Positions 35,413 through 45,443 of a stretch of DNA of 64,000 bases are shown here, one piece after another. The position numbers were made by a program, and so were the translations under genes. Where the stretch lies: NCBI GenBank assembly GCA_041695225.1, contig JBGFRI010000004.1, positions 1 to 64,000 of the forward strand, given 5' to 3'. Numbering within the stretch: the first letter of the stretch is position 1; every line of letters begins with the position of its first letter. A model generated the notes under the pieces. It was not told the origin of the DNA, searched no databases, and saw only the letters and a list, made by a program, of their open reading frames with translations. Source of the stretch: Deinococcota bacterium (GTDB taxonomy: Bacteria > Deinococcota > Deinococci > Deinococcales > Thermaceae).

Positions 35413-36903
35413 ATGCCAGATGAGACCAAACCAGGCGAGACCAGACCTGCGCCACTGGACCAGCTCACCACCACCCAGCACAGCCTGCGTCTAGCAGGTG
35501 AGGAACTGCACTATAGCGTCACCTGCGGAACCATGGTGCTGCGCGAAGAGTCAGAAAAAGATGGGGCTGCCGAGGGGCACAAGCCCAAAGCCACGGTTTT
35601 CTTTGTTGCCTATACCAGAGATGGCGTTCCTGACCGTAGTAAGCACCCCATCACCTTTTCCTTCAACGGTGGGCCGGGCTCGTCATCGGTCTGGCTGCAC
35701 CTGGGCTTGCTTGGCCCCAAGCGGGTCAAGATGGGCGATGTCGGAAGCCTCACGCCACCGCCCTATGGCCTGGTTGACAACCCATATACCCTGCTGCAGG
35801 ATAGCGATCTGGTGTTTATTGACCCCGTTGGCACCGGCTATAGCCGGATGGTGGAAGGAGAAAAAACCAAGGAATACCACGGCTTTAAACGCGACCTCGA
35901 GAGCGTGGGCGAGTTTATTCGTCTGTACACCCACCGCTACGGGCGCTGGACCAGCCCCAAATATCTGATTGGCGAGAGCTACGGCACCACCCGGGCCGCG
36001 GGCCTGTCGGGCTATCTGCAGGAGCGGCACGGCATGTATCTGAATGGGATCATGCTGGTCAGCAGCATTTTAGAGTTCTCCACCGCCCGCTTCAACCCCG
36101 GCAACGACCTGCCGCACATTCTCTACCTGCCCAGCTTCAGTGCTGCCGCCTGGTATCACCAAAGGCTTCGCGCAGACCTCCAGCGCAAACCACTGCCGGG
36201 CGTTTTGCAGGAGGTAGAGGCTTTTGCCCAGGGTGAGTACGCCCTGGCCCTGATGCAGGGCAGCAAGCTGCCGCCAGCCGAGCATAAGCGCATCGCCCAG
36301 AAGCTCTCAGGCTATACCGGCCTGCCCGAAGAGTACGTGCTGGCCTGCAACCTGCGCCTGGAAATCATGCGCTTCTGCAAAGAACTCCTCCGCTCCGAGC
36401 GCAAGACCATCGGACGCCTGGACAGCCGCTTTACCGGAACCGACCGAGACGCAGCCGGGGCCAGTTTCGAGTACGACCCCAGCTACGCCGCCATCCAGGG
36501 GCCCTACACCGCCACCCTCAACCAGTACGTGCGCCAGGACCTGGGATTCCAGAGCGACCTGCCCTACGAGATTCTGTCGGGCTTGTATCAGAACTGGAGC
36601 TACAAGGAGTTTGAAAACCAGTACCTCAACGCTGCCGAAACCTTGCGCAAAGCCATGTGTATGAACCCCTTCCTCAGGGTGTATGTGGGCAGCGGCTACT
36701 ATGATCTGGCCACCCCCTATTTCGCAACCGACTACACCCTAAATCACCTGAGCCTCGAGCCCCATCTGCAAGAAAATATCCAGATTCACTACTACCCTTC
36801 CGGCCACATGATGTATGTTCACCACGAGTCGCTGGCCCAGCAGTCCGCCGATTTGAAGGCATTTATCACCCAGTCAGCCCCGCGCAGTGAACCCAACTAT
36901 TAG
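35413..36903 (+). CDS. serine carboxypeptidase, peptidase S10 family
   Basis: FNGGPGSSS, FIDPVGTGYS, GESYG nucleophile, YDLATP, SGHMMY. Confidence 0.94.
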   Translation: MPDETKPGETRPAPLDQLTTTQHSLRLAGEELHYSVTCGTMVLREESEKDGAAEGHKPKATVFFVAYTRDGVPDRSKHPITFSFNGGPGSSSVWLHLGLLGPKRVKMGDVGSLTPPPYGLVDNPYTLLQDSDLVFIDPVGTGYSRMVEGEKTKEYHGFKRDLESVGEFIRLYTHRYGRWTSPKYLIGESYGTTRAAGLSGYLQERHGMYLNGIMLVSSILEFSTARFNPGNDLPHILYLPSFSAAAWYHQRLRADLQRKPLPGVLQEVEAFAQGEYALALMQGSKLPPAEHKRIAQKLSGYTGLPEEYVLACNLRLEIMRFCKELLRSERKTIGRLDSRFTGTDRDAAGASFEYDPSYAAIQGPYTATLNQYVRQDLGFQSDLPYEILSGLYQNWSYKEFENQYLNAAETLRKAMCMNPFLRVYVGSGYYDLATPYFATDYTLNHLSLEPHLQENIQIHYYPSGHMMYVHHESLAQQSADLKAFITQSAPRSEPNY

Positions 36904-36904
36904 C

Positions 36905-37600
36905 CTATAGTCAAAGTCTATGGTCAATGGTCATTTGCATGTGGCCTTCGTCTTAGACAGTTTTTGTGAGCTGGTCGCAACTTATACCAGCTTTCAAATA
37001 ACGGCGAGCTAACGGCCCATAGCTGATAGCCGATAGTCAATAGTCTAGGGTCAATGGTCGTTTACAGATGCACTTTGACCTGTGCAGTCTTTTCGAGCTC
37101 ATCGCAGCTCATACCAACTTTCAAATAACGCCGAGCTAACGGCCAATAGCCGATAGTCAATGGTCATCTGCGGCTGGCCCTTCCTTCGGCGGCGTTCCAG
37201 GCTGGCAATTCTGGTTAGAGCAAAGAGTCAAGAGTTGCCCATCCGTCCCGAAGGACCCCGAGCATGAAGCGGTGAGCTGACGCTTCATGCAAAAATGTCG
37301 CAGGTCGAAGGTCAAAGGTCAAAGGTCGAGGGCAGAGAGTCGAGGGTCGAAAGTTGAGGGTCACAGGTCGAAGGTCAAAGGGCAAAGGTCGAAGGGCAAA
37401 GGTCGAAGGGCAAAGGTCGAAGGGCAAAGGTCGAAGGCTTGAGGCTGAAGGCTGAAGGCCCAAGGCTTTTAGCTTTCGGCTTTAGGCTATTAGCTATGGG
37501 CTATCGCCTATGGACTATTGACTATCGACTCATTGAATGACGCAGGTCGCAAGCCAAAAAGACCTGAGACCTGAGACCTGAGACCTGAGACGCTTCATAA
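36905..37600. repeat. largest heptamer-repeat region, including a degenerate 127-bp tandem duplication
   Basis: Long run of GGTCGAA/GGGCAAA units at 37296-37470, GCTATCG and GACCTGA units; TTCAAATAACG at 36993 and 37120. Confidence 0.88.
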
Positions 37601-37768
37601 AAGGGGGAGGGGAATAACAAAGGGGGTAGTTTGCCCTTGCGCAGGCCGTGCTGGACTGGGCCTGCTGGCCGGCGAAGCCCAAACCCACCAGGGCTTGGGG
37701 CTTTTGCCTCTGCTGAGTTAGAATGGGGGCTTGGTGTGCAGGCTGGGCAGCCTGCTTAGAGGACATTC

Positions 37769-38887
37769 ATGGCATCACTAGGAGTCGGTATCGTCGGTCT
37801 TCCCAACGTAGGCAAATCCACACTGTTCAAAGCGATCACCAAAGCAGGCGCGCTCATCGCCAACTATCCCTTCGCTACCATTGACAAAAACGTGGGGGTG
37901 GTAAAGCTACCTGACCCACGTCTGAAAGCCCTGCAACAGCTCTTTGTGAAGGGCGGGCGGGTGCCGCCGGTAGTACCCACCTATGTGGAGTTTGTGGATA
38001 TTGCGGGCCTGGTCAAAGGGGCACACAAGGGCGAGGGCCTGGGCAACCAGTTCCTGGCCAACATCCGCGAGGTAGCGGCCATTGCCCATGTGGTGCGCTG
38101 TTTCGACGACCCCGGGGTGGTGCATGTCTCGGGCCAGGTAAACCCGCTGGACGACCTCGAGACCATCAACACCGAGCTAGCCCTGGCCGATCTCCAGACC
38201 ATCGAAAAACGCCTGGACAAGCTACGCAAGACTGCCCGCAGCAATCCAGACGACCAGGACCTGCTGGACGTGCTGGAACCGCTCATGCGACACCTTGAAA
38301 AGGGCCAGCCCATCCGCACCTACACCGGGGCCGAATCCGAGCTGCTGGGTAGGGCCGCCCGCGAACTGGGGCTGCTCACCTACAAGCCGGTCATTTATGT
38401 CTGCAACGTGGCCGAGGACGACCTGCCCGACGGCGCCAGCAACCCTCACGTAACCAAGGTGCGTGCGGCAGCCGCCAAAGAAGGAGCGGCTGTGGTGGTG
38501 GTCTCGGCAAAAATTGAGGCCGAGCTGGCCGACCTGTCTGAGCCCGAAGCCACCGAGTATCTGCAAACCCTGGGTCTGCAGGAGTCGGGGCTGGATCGGC
38601 TGGTACGTACAGCCTACCAGGCCCTGGGCTTGCAGACCTTCTTTACCGCCAGCGAGAAAGAAGTGCGGGCCTGGACCATCCGCCAGGGTACCAGAGCACC
38701 GCAGGCCGCTGGGGAAATTCACTCCGACCTCGAGAAAGGTTTTATCCGGGCCGAGGTGATCGAGTGGAGCCGGCTGGTCGAGGCAGGCGGCTGGGCGCCG
38801 GCCAGGGAACGAGGCTGGGTGCGCACCGAGGGCAAGGAATACCCCGTGCAGGATGGCGATACAATGCTGGTCTTGTTCAATGTGTAG
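37769..38887 (+). CDS. ychF: redox-regulated ATPase YchF
   Basis: [46 protein letters not shown]-like end. Confidence 0.97.
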   Translation: MASLGVGIVGLPNVGKSTLFKAITKAGALIANYPFATIDKNVGVVKLPDPRLKALQQLFVKGGRVPPVVPTYVEFVDIAGLVKGAHKGEGLGNQFLANIREVAAIAHVVRCFDDPGVVHVSGQVNPLDDLETINTELALADLQTIEKRLDKLRKTARSNPDDQDLLDVLEPLMRHLEKGQPIRTYTGAESELLGRAARELGLLTYKPVIYVCNVAEDDLPDGASNPHVTKVRAAAAKEGAAVVVVSAKIEAELADLSEPEATEYLQTLGLQESGLDRLVRTAYQALGLQTFFTASEKEVRAWTIRQGTRAPQAAGEIHSDLEKGFIRAEVIEWSRLVEAGGWAPARERGWVRTEGKEYPVQDGDTMLVLFNV

Positions 38888-39030
38888 CCAACCGCTGGTC
38901 AGAATCCACTAGCCAGGCCTCCGGGGCCCTTGTGAACCTCGAGCTGACCAGCCTCGCAAGGGGAGGGAGTGGCCCGGATTCTCTACATGAGGAGGTTGCG
39001 TGACTCGTGTAATCAACTCACTAGAGTAGT

Positions 39031-39357
39031 TTCTCTTCCTCGACGAGGGAGGTTAGGTGGGGGTGTGAGCCGGAGGCGAACCCTTGAGACAGGAAGTGAA
39101 AAACTCGGCTGTCGCCGCGACCCCCCTCCCTGCCCTCCCCCGCAAGGGGGGAGGGAGACTTGCGACCTGAGACTCGCGACCTGAGACAAACTTCTTACCT
39201 GAGACCTGAGGCTCCCTGTCGTCCCGCAAGTAGTTCCTCCCCCTCGACGGGGGAGGTTAAGTGGGGGTGTGAGCCGACGGCGAAATGTTTACGCAAGAAG
39301 CTAAAAACTCGGCTGTCGCCGCAACCCCCCTCCCTGCCCTCGCCCACAAGGAGGGAG
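39031..39357 (+). repeat. two tandem copies of the ~120-bp GC-hairpin element joined by a heptamer linker
   Basis: Copies at ~39031-39157 and ~39234-39357; linker nearly identical to 32885-32955. Confidence 0.88.
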
Positions 39358-39491
39358 CCGATCTAGAGTTAGTTTCTACCCGCTCTATGCAACAAGCAGA
39401 CCACACAAGCAATGAGATGCTTGCTATTGGCTATTAGCCATTTGCTATTGGCTATGCGCTATCAGCTATCGGCAGAGGCTAAACAGCAGAC

Positions 39492-40226
39492 TCAATCGGC
39501 AGAGGCCGCCAGCTGAAAGGCCCGGCTCAGGCGGTCCTCGTCGGTCAGATCGAGCCGTAGCGGCGTGAGGGAGACAAAGTTATGGTTGATGGCCCAGCGG
39601 TCGGTACCCTCGTCGGGTTCATGATCGGGGTAGGCGGCAAACCAGAAGTGCTCGCGGCCCATGGGGTCGGTTCCCGGCACGATTTTGCCGTCGTATTTCC
39701 GCACCGACTGCCGGGTCCACAAAAGCCCTTTGGGCTTGGGCGGCAGGTTTACATTAATCAAAAAGGGCCGGGGCTCGCGCAACAGGGCCTCGAGCACCTT
39801 ACCTACCCAGGGTTTGAGGGCTTCGAAGTCGGGTTCCCGGCCGTTGACGGGGGTGCTGAAAGCTATGGCGGGCATGCCCAGTAAGGCCGCCTGTTTGGCC
39901 GCAGCTACCGTGCCAGAATGCCAGATCTCGTTGCCCAGGTTGGAGCCCAGGTTGACGCCGGACAGCACCAGGTCTACTTTGTCCCAGTGGTGGGCTCCCA
40001 GTGCAACGCAGTCGGCTGGGGTGCCGTTCACGCGGTAGGCTTCCAGGCCCCCCATGGGAGTAGTGCGATAATGCAGGGGTCGCATAATGGTTATGGCGTG
40101 GGCCATGGCCGACTGCTCCACGTCTGGCGCCACCACCCGCACCTCGCCAAAAGCAGTTGCCACCTCGGCCAAGGCATACAGGCCAGGGCTGTAGATGCCA
40201 TCGTCGTTGGTTACCAGGATTCTCAT
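39492..40226 (-). CDS. surE: 5'/3'-nucleotidase SurE
   Basis: [32 protein letters not shown]. Confidence 0.97.
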   Translation of the reverse strand: MRILVTNDDGIYSPGLYALAEVATAFGEVRVVAPDVEQSAMAHAITIMRPLHYRTTPMGGLEAYRVNGTPADCVALGAHHWDKVDLVLSGVNLGSNLGNEIWHSGTVAAAKQAALLGMPAIAFSTPVNGREPDFEALKPWVGKVLEALLREPRPFLINVNLPPKPKGLLWTRQSVRKYDGKIVPGTDPMGREHFWFAAYPDHEPDEGTDRWAINHNFVSLTPLRLDLTDEDRLSRAFQLAASAD

Positions 40227-40431
40227 CGCATACCTCACCGGTCAGTCTGATTTACCTTTGTCACCATAAAGTCAATGACTACTGCACAAATGGGCCTGGA
40301 TCGAGGTAACCCCAGAAGCCCTGGTTGACGGCAGAGTATGTTACACAACAAAACCCGCGAGCAGACCCGTCAGAAAAATGTCAGAGCAAATTGCATATTT
40401 GCTTGACATGGGCTATTTATTATTATACAGG

Positions 40432-41151
40432 ATGGTCAGCGTAATAATTCCAACCTTCAACCGCCCGGCGCTTCTGCTGCGGGCCCTGCGCTCGCTCCAG
40501 GCTCAGCTTTACTCCGACTGGGAGGCGGTGGTGGTAGATGATGGCGATGGCTCGGGTATTCTGGTAGCCCACCAGCTGCGCGACCCCCGGGTGGTAGGTG
40601 TTCGCAACCAGGGTCGGGGGCAGGTTGATGCCCGCAACACCGGGCTGGCCCAGGCCCAGGGCGCGTTTATCGCCCTGCTCGACGACGACGACTGGTTACT
40701 GGATCCCACCCACCTTCACCGGGTGGTGCGGGCCCTGGGAGTTCAGGCCGGGCTGGTCTACCGGGGCGGCTATCTGGTTTACGAGCGCGACGGTCTGGAA
40801 CTAGAGCGCATTCCCTTCGACTTCCGGGCCACCCCCGAGTCGCTGCGACGCGACAACCTGCTGCTGGCCACCGGGGTGGCCTACCCCCGCTTTTTTCACG
40901 ATCAAATGGGCTGGTTCGACCCGGAAATGTCGGACTACTGGGACTGGGACTGGTATCTGCGGGTTGTCTCGGCGGGCTATCCCTTGACCCAGCTGCCCGG
41001 CAGGGGCGTAGCGGTAACGATTCACGGGGCCAATATGTCGTACTCGGCCCGGCAGTCTGACCGCCAGCAGAACCTCGACCGGCTCGCGCGCAAGCATGGC
41101 CTGAGCGGGCTTACCCTCAAAGACCACCGGGTTATTGCCGGAGCTGCATAG
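40432..41151 (+). CDS. glycosyltransferase family 2
   Basis: VSVIIPTFNR, VVVDDG, ARNTGL, ALLDDDD, DWDWYLR. Confidence 0.92.
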   Translation: MVSVIIPTFNRPALLLRALRSLQAQLYSDWEAVVVDDGDGSGILVAHQLRDPRVVGVRNQGRGQVDARNTGLAQAQGAFIALLDDDDWLLDPTHLHRVVRALGVQAGLVYRGGYLVYERDGLELERIPFDFRATPESLRRDNLLLATGVAYPRFFHDQMGWFDPEMSDYWDWDWYLRVVSAGYPLTQLPGRGVAVTIHGANMSYSARQSDRQQNLDRLARKHGLSGLTLKDHRVIAGAA

Positions 41152-41720
41152 CGCCGGTGAAGGGTGCTCCCGCTAACACTGGTCCTAATGTACAAGTGTT
41201 TGGTCCGACCAGTGACCACCATTGGGAACGAGAGGGCATTCAGAAATTACCAGGACACCCAGTCTACCGGGAGAATTTTCAATCAAGACCGTAGCTGAAA
41301 GAGCAGCACTCTGAGCCCCCTCTCCCAAGCTTGGCAGAGGGTTGAATAGTGTCAAAGATGTGATGGTTCGCCCCGTCAATCCCCCTCACCCAGCCTCTTC
41401 CACCAGGGGACGAGAAGCGATCTCTCGAACGCCCTCTAGTGAGCGGCCTTGATCCCGTCATCCGGGTGACAGGGGACCAGTTGTTCAGCTGCCAGGCATG
41501 GCGGTAACCGCGCGGTATATTCGATGTCCCAAATTGAGATCACCATGTCGCTGCGTCCCAACCGGGACCTAAAGCCCCTGACCATGTTGGAACCGTCGGA
41601 ACCAAGCGGGCAGACGGGTGACCTTTCACCCCCGTCTGGACAAGTAAGTCAGTCCTGGCTGCCCGACGGGAGCGCCTCGAGACGCTTGTTTCGGGGCGCA
41701 TCACCCTGAGAACGCATCCT

Positions 41721-42287
41721 TCAGGCCTCGGCCCCTCCCGCGTCCGTAGTGAGCGCCTCGAGGCTCTCAATCGGTTTCCCTAAAGCTATTACATCCCGCA
41801 CCAGACGCTCGGTAGCACCGCCCACAGCCGCATGAATCACCAGTACCCTGAAGGCCAGCCCCACCACCAGCCGATTGCGCCGCTCGGCCTTACGGGTGTC
41901 TGCTCTCCGAACCCCATCCCCAAAGGGCGAGACCAGCAGCAGCCGTCCGGCCTCGAGCGCCCGGTCAAGCTCGGCGGTCAGGCGCATCCCACCCAGCCCC
42001 CGCGCCGGACAGAGCACCACACCCCCCGTACCCTTCAGCACTACCCGCAGCACCTCCTGCTCGACCGGCGAGTGGAAACCCCCCACCAGGGTCAGGCCCT
42101 GCTCCCTGGCCGCCCTGGCCCAGTCCTGCGCCGCGATAATCAGCCGGGCCGGGCACTGGCGCGAGGAGACCACCCCCACCAGGGGTTGGTTCAGAAGCTC
42201 GAGGTTTCCCAGTACAGTCAGCCGCTCGAAGCCCCAGTCGGCCAGACCAGCGGGGAAGTTGGGGTGAGAGGGCTCGAGGCGGGTCAT
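41721..42287 (-). CDS. short DprA/SMF-like (SLOG superfamily) protein
   Basis: GNLELLNQPLVGVVSSR, LVGGFHSPVE, LLLVSPF, AERRNRLVVGLA; only the Rossmann-like core of DprA is present. Confidence 0.8.
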   Translation of the reverse strand: MTRLEPSHPNFPAGLADWGFERLTVLGNLELLNQPLVGVVSSRQCPARLIIAAQDWARAAREQGLTLVGGFHSPVEQEVLRVVLKGTGGVVLCPARGLGGMRLTAELDRALEAGRLLLVSPFGDGVRRADTRKAERRNRLVVGLAFRVLVIHAAVGGATERLVRDVIALGKPIESLEALTTDAGGAEA

Positions 42288-42456
42288 GGCAAATGAGGCG
42301 GAAAGAGGCGGGATAAAGGCGGGTCGGTGCGCCTCATAGAGTAGGCCTTTCCATCCCGACCAAGTTATTGCCCAGTCTATTCGGCGCGTGTTTTCAAATC
42401 CACCGTATCCGTCAATTAAGACATAATAGGACAGCGAATAAGGCGGAATAAAATTC

Positions 42457-43866
42457 TTATTTGCCTTGGGTCTTCAAAAACCAGCGTGCGCCTCGCCCAT
42501 GACCCTCAAAATCTACCAGCTTGATGGTCTTGAGAAAAGACAGGTCTTCACGTATCTGCCGCACCGTAGCATCCGGTGCAACCCGTGGCTGAATCTCGCT
42601 GGGAAGCAGACGCACTCCTTGCCCTAAAAGCTGCAAGATGGCCTGTTGTCTGGTGCTAAGGTCATGGCCAATGCGCTGAGGAGCCACATAGCGGCTAGGC
42701 AAAAAGCGCACCAAAACCGCTCGGCTCACCGCCTCTATATCAGGGCGGGGCAGGCCCGCTTTATGAAGCAACTCGGCCATTTTGAGGGTTCCCCGGCCCC
42801 AGGTCTCGATGATTCCCCTGCGATAGAAGACCCCGGCAATCAAAGGGTTCCAGGGCAGCGACTCGTGGGGTTTGTACAGGTCTTCGACGGTAAGGCCAAA
42901 GTGCAGGTCTCCTGACGAGGTGATTTCCAAGCGGTCATCAAAGATGGCTACCCCTACCGAGCCACCACCGATGGAATAGTCGCGGTGGCAGAAGGCATTG
43001 GCCAGGGCTTCGCGCAGGGCCACCGGTGGGTATAGCGGATCATCTTCGCGCTCAAACAGGGTGGGGATCACCCGCCCGGCCACCGGGAGGTTCTCTACCA
43101 GGTAGCGTTCGGCGCGTTGAAGCAAAGAAAAGGCATGGCCCACAAACTGTTTGTTGTCGAGGAATTCGGTTTTGTCCGTTCCTCTAAAGCGGGCCAGACG
43201 CAAGCGGCACTGGGGGTAGTCGGGCAAGAGACGATCTTCACGGCCAAACAGTACCACCGCAGCCCGAAACAGTTGGCCCGTGCGGGAGAGCAGCCCCAGG
43301 CCACGCAGAATCTCCAACGAGTCGCGGCTTCCGGGGTCTTCTGAACGCCCCCGGCGAATGGCTTCCTCAAGGGTTCGGCTGATCTCGGTGGTGTCCAGGT
43401 CGTCCACCGTCCACCCCTCGGCTACTTCGTTCTCCCAGCGCTGAGTCGCGTGGAGTTGCTCGAGCAGCATCTGGTTGTACTCCTCGCGGGTCATCTCGAG
43501 CGTACTGTTGCCCACCCGCTTGTAGCTTTTGCCCCGGTAGGTGTACGGGCGGCGGCTGCCTTGGCTGGTTGTGACCAGGATGACCTCGAGGCCGTTTTCG
43601 AGCAGGACGCGCTCGACGCTGGGAAAAACCGGCGGCTCAATCTGCTGGATTTCGGCGGTTACATCTTCCACGGTTTTATCGATTACCTGCTGACCCGCCA
43701 GCTTGCCCGCCGGATTCACCCCGAACAGCACCCGACCCCCGCTCTTGTTAAGCATCGCGCACAGCGTCTTGGCCGCGTCGCTACGCTGCCCGGTGGTCAA
43801 CTTAAACTCCTGGCTCTCGGACTCCCCCAAGGCCACCCAGCGTTGTACCTGCTCGAGCGTTGCCAC
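42457..43866 (-). CDS. Schlafen/AlbA_2 + HATPase_c_4 + C-terminal wHTH protein
   Basis: GESESQEFK, CAMLNKSGGRVLFGV, ALREALANAFCHRDY, IFDDRLEITSSG, GRGT, GHGRGARW. Confidence 0.9.
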   Translation of the reverse strand: MATLEQVQRWVALGESESQEFKLTTGQRSDAAKTLCAMLNKSGGRVLFGVNPAGKLAGQQVIDKTVEDVTAEIQQIEPPVFPSVERVLLENGLEVILVTTSQGSRRPYTYRGKSYKRVGNSTLEMTREEYNQMLLEQLHATQRWENEVAEGWTVDDLDTTEISRTLEEAIRRGRSEDPGSRDSLEILRGLGLLSRTGQLFRAAVVLFGREDRLLPDYPQCRLRLARFRGTDKTEFLDNKQFVGHAFSLLQRAERYLVENLPVAGRVIPTLFEREDDPLYPPVALREALANAFCHRDYSIGGGSVGVAIFDDRLEITSSGDLHFGLTVEDLYKPHESLPWNPLIAGVFYRRGIIETWGRGTLKMAELLHKAGLPRPDIEAVSRAVLVRFLPSRYVAPQRIGHDLSTRQQAILQLLGQGVRLLPSEIQPRVAPDATVRQIREDLSFLKTIKLVDFEGHGRGARWFLKTQGK

Positions 43867-43869
43867 TTC

Positions 43870-44373
43870 CTAACTCCCTTTGCTGCCCTCTAGCCTACCC
43901 GACGCACGCTCGAGCCGCTTCACGCCCTCGCCCAACGTCCACAACTCCCTTCGCAGGGCACTCAACTCACGTCGCACCTGGGAAATGGCGCTGTTCTCCG
44001 CCAGCAGCGCCACCATGTGCTGGTTCAGGCTCACCTCCTCGGCCTCGGCCCCCTCCACCAAACGCCGGTGCAGGCTGGGGGGCATCCGCACCAGCACCCT
44101 GCCACCGTACTCGCGCTCGGTAGAGGGCAGGGGGATTTCGTCGCCGTGCTGGTAGGCTACCTCGAGCCACAGACGGCGGGCGTCCCCAATCATCTCCAGC
44201 GCTTCTTCTACCGTCTCGCCCACCGAAACACAGCCGGGCAGATCGGGAACCAAAACGGTATAGCCCCCTTCCTTCTCGGGAACCAACGTAATGGGATAGC
44301 GCAAGCCGAGGTACTGTTCAAGCGGCTTGTGTTTGCATCTTTTCTGGGCCTTTCTGGACGGGTGCGTACTCAT
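43870..44373 (-). CDS. HicB family antitoxin with C-terminal RHH domain
   Basis: GGYTVLVPDLPGCVSVGETVEEAL, IPLP, GRVLVRMPPSLHRRL..AEAEEVSLNQ; start uncertain (44373 or 44406). Confidence 0.88.
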   Translation of the reverse strand: MSTHPSRKAQKRCKHKPLEQYLGLRYPITLVPEKEGGYTVLVPDLPGCVSVGETVEEALEMIGDARRLWLEVAYQHGDEIPLPSTEREYGGRVLVRMPPSLHRRLVEGAEAEEVSLNQHMVALLAENSAISQVRRELSALRRELWTLGEGVKRLERASGRLEGSKGS

Positions 44374-44540
44374 TATGGTCTGAACGCTTTGTCTTCTTGA
44401 GAACACTTCTAAACTGGACGATATGCCTGCTGAATGCTATCATGATTTAGCGGGCGTTAGCTAAGCTGATGGCTCGCGTTTTTGTGTGCGCCGACTGGGC
44501 CAGGTGGTGGATTGGGCGCAACAAGTATGCTACACTATAG

Positions 44541-44590
44541 GCGCAGGACTGAAACCGTCCCCGGAGGCGGAGGTAGGCCCTGCTCTTTTA
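44541..44590 (+). ncRNA. candidate small structured RNA convergent with the DUF3800 gene
   Basis: Extended -10 TGcTACACT at 44528-44536; nested stems GCAGG/CCTGC and CCGTC/GGCGG with purine-rich internal loops; ends in TCTTTT. Confidence 0.45.
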
Positions 44591-45310
44591 CTTGATGCGA
44601 ATGATCCCCTCTGAATCCTGTGGATTCGTTTCCAGCACCAAGATCGGCTTGAGTAGATCAAAAGCTTTGTCCAGGCCGTATTTGCTCTTAGATGCCAGCG
44701 GCCTCTCCCGCCGCAATAGAGCATAGGCACAAAAGTCTGTGATTTGAACAAAGTAGGACTGAGCCGAGTCCTTGAAAAAGGGGTCTTCAACGATTCGCTC
44801 AATGGGAATGTTCTTTGTTGAGCTACCAGAGTCCAACCAGTTACCATACTTGCTCGGTATCGGATTGTAAACTCGCATTTTACGAACCATTCTGGTGAAC
44901 TCATTTTCGCTGCCCTGATCGCATATTAAGATGGCACGACTACCCCAAGCCTGCATCGTTCGGTTAATGCGGTTAAGCAACCATTCGAACCCCGTGGGTT
45001 TTTTACTGGTTGGGCTAACCACGTTGAATAGTCGAGCACCAGGCAGGCGGGACGTCAATTCGAGGGTCTCTTTGAAAATTTGCGCTCGACGACCTTTTGG
45101 TACAACCCTGTCGGCAATTTGCCCTCGGCCAGAGACAAACTTCCAGGCATGGAACTCTTTCTGTACGTAGATTCCATCTGTTTTCTTGAGTTCTCGTCGA
45201 AACTCTCTGACCTGACGCAGGCAGGTTTGCCATTGTTCGTCGGAAATAGCAAGGGCTGAGTAAATTGTCAGTTCTTCATCGCTTGAATCATCAAGATACA
45301 CCAAATGCAT
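44588..45310 (-). CDS. DUF3800 domain protein
   Basis: N-terminal YLDDS, EFHA, C-terminal DS..SYFVQITDFCAY; lower GC than its neighbours. Confidence 0.88.
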   Translation of the reverse strand: MHLVYLDDSSDEELTIYSALAISDEQWQTCLRQVREFRRELKKTDGIYVQKEFHAWKFVSGRGQIADRVVPKGRRAQIFKETLELTSRLPGARLFNVVSPTSKKPTGFEWLLNRINRTMQAWGSRAILICDQGSENEFTRMVRKMRVYNPIPSKYGNWLDSGSSTKNIPIERIVEDPFFKDSAQSYFVQITDFCAYALLRRERPLASKSKYGLDKAFDLLKPILVLETNPQDSEGIIRIK

Positions 45311-45443
45311 ATGTCTCCAAAGATGGGGGCAGCAACGACCTTACCTAAGTATGCAAGTTTTTCAACATTTGCTCAATAAGCAAAATCGCGCGACCCACAA
45401 GTCTTACTCCCTGCGGCCTTCGCACCTTTGCCAGCTCCATCCC

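Noticed and set aside
37296..37530. Heptamer array as a CRISPR array or as a coding ORF (37215-37463)
   Set aside because: No unique spacers; the ORF is a low-complexity translation of the 7-mer.
41152..41720. Left island boundary, att site or small genes
   Set aside because: No direct repeat matching the right boundary, no integrase and no convincing ORF; only a REP-like hairpin near 41315-41345.
44523..45354. 8-bp direct repeat AAGTATGC flanking the DUF3800 cassette as a target-site duplication
   Set aside because: Short enough to be chance, and both copies coincide with promoter-like -10 sequences.
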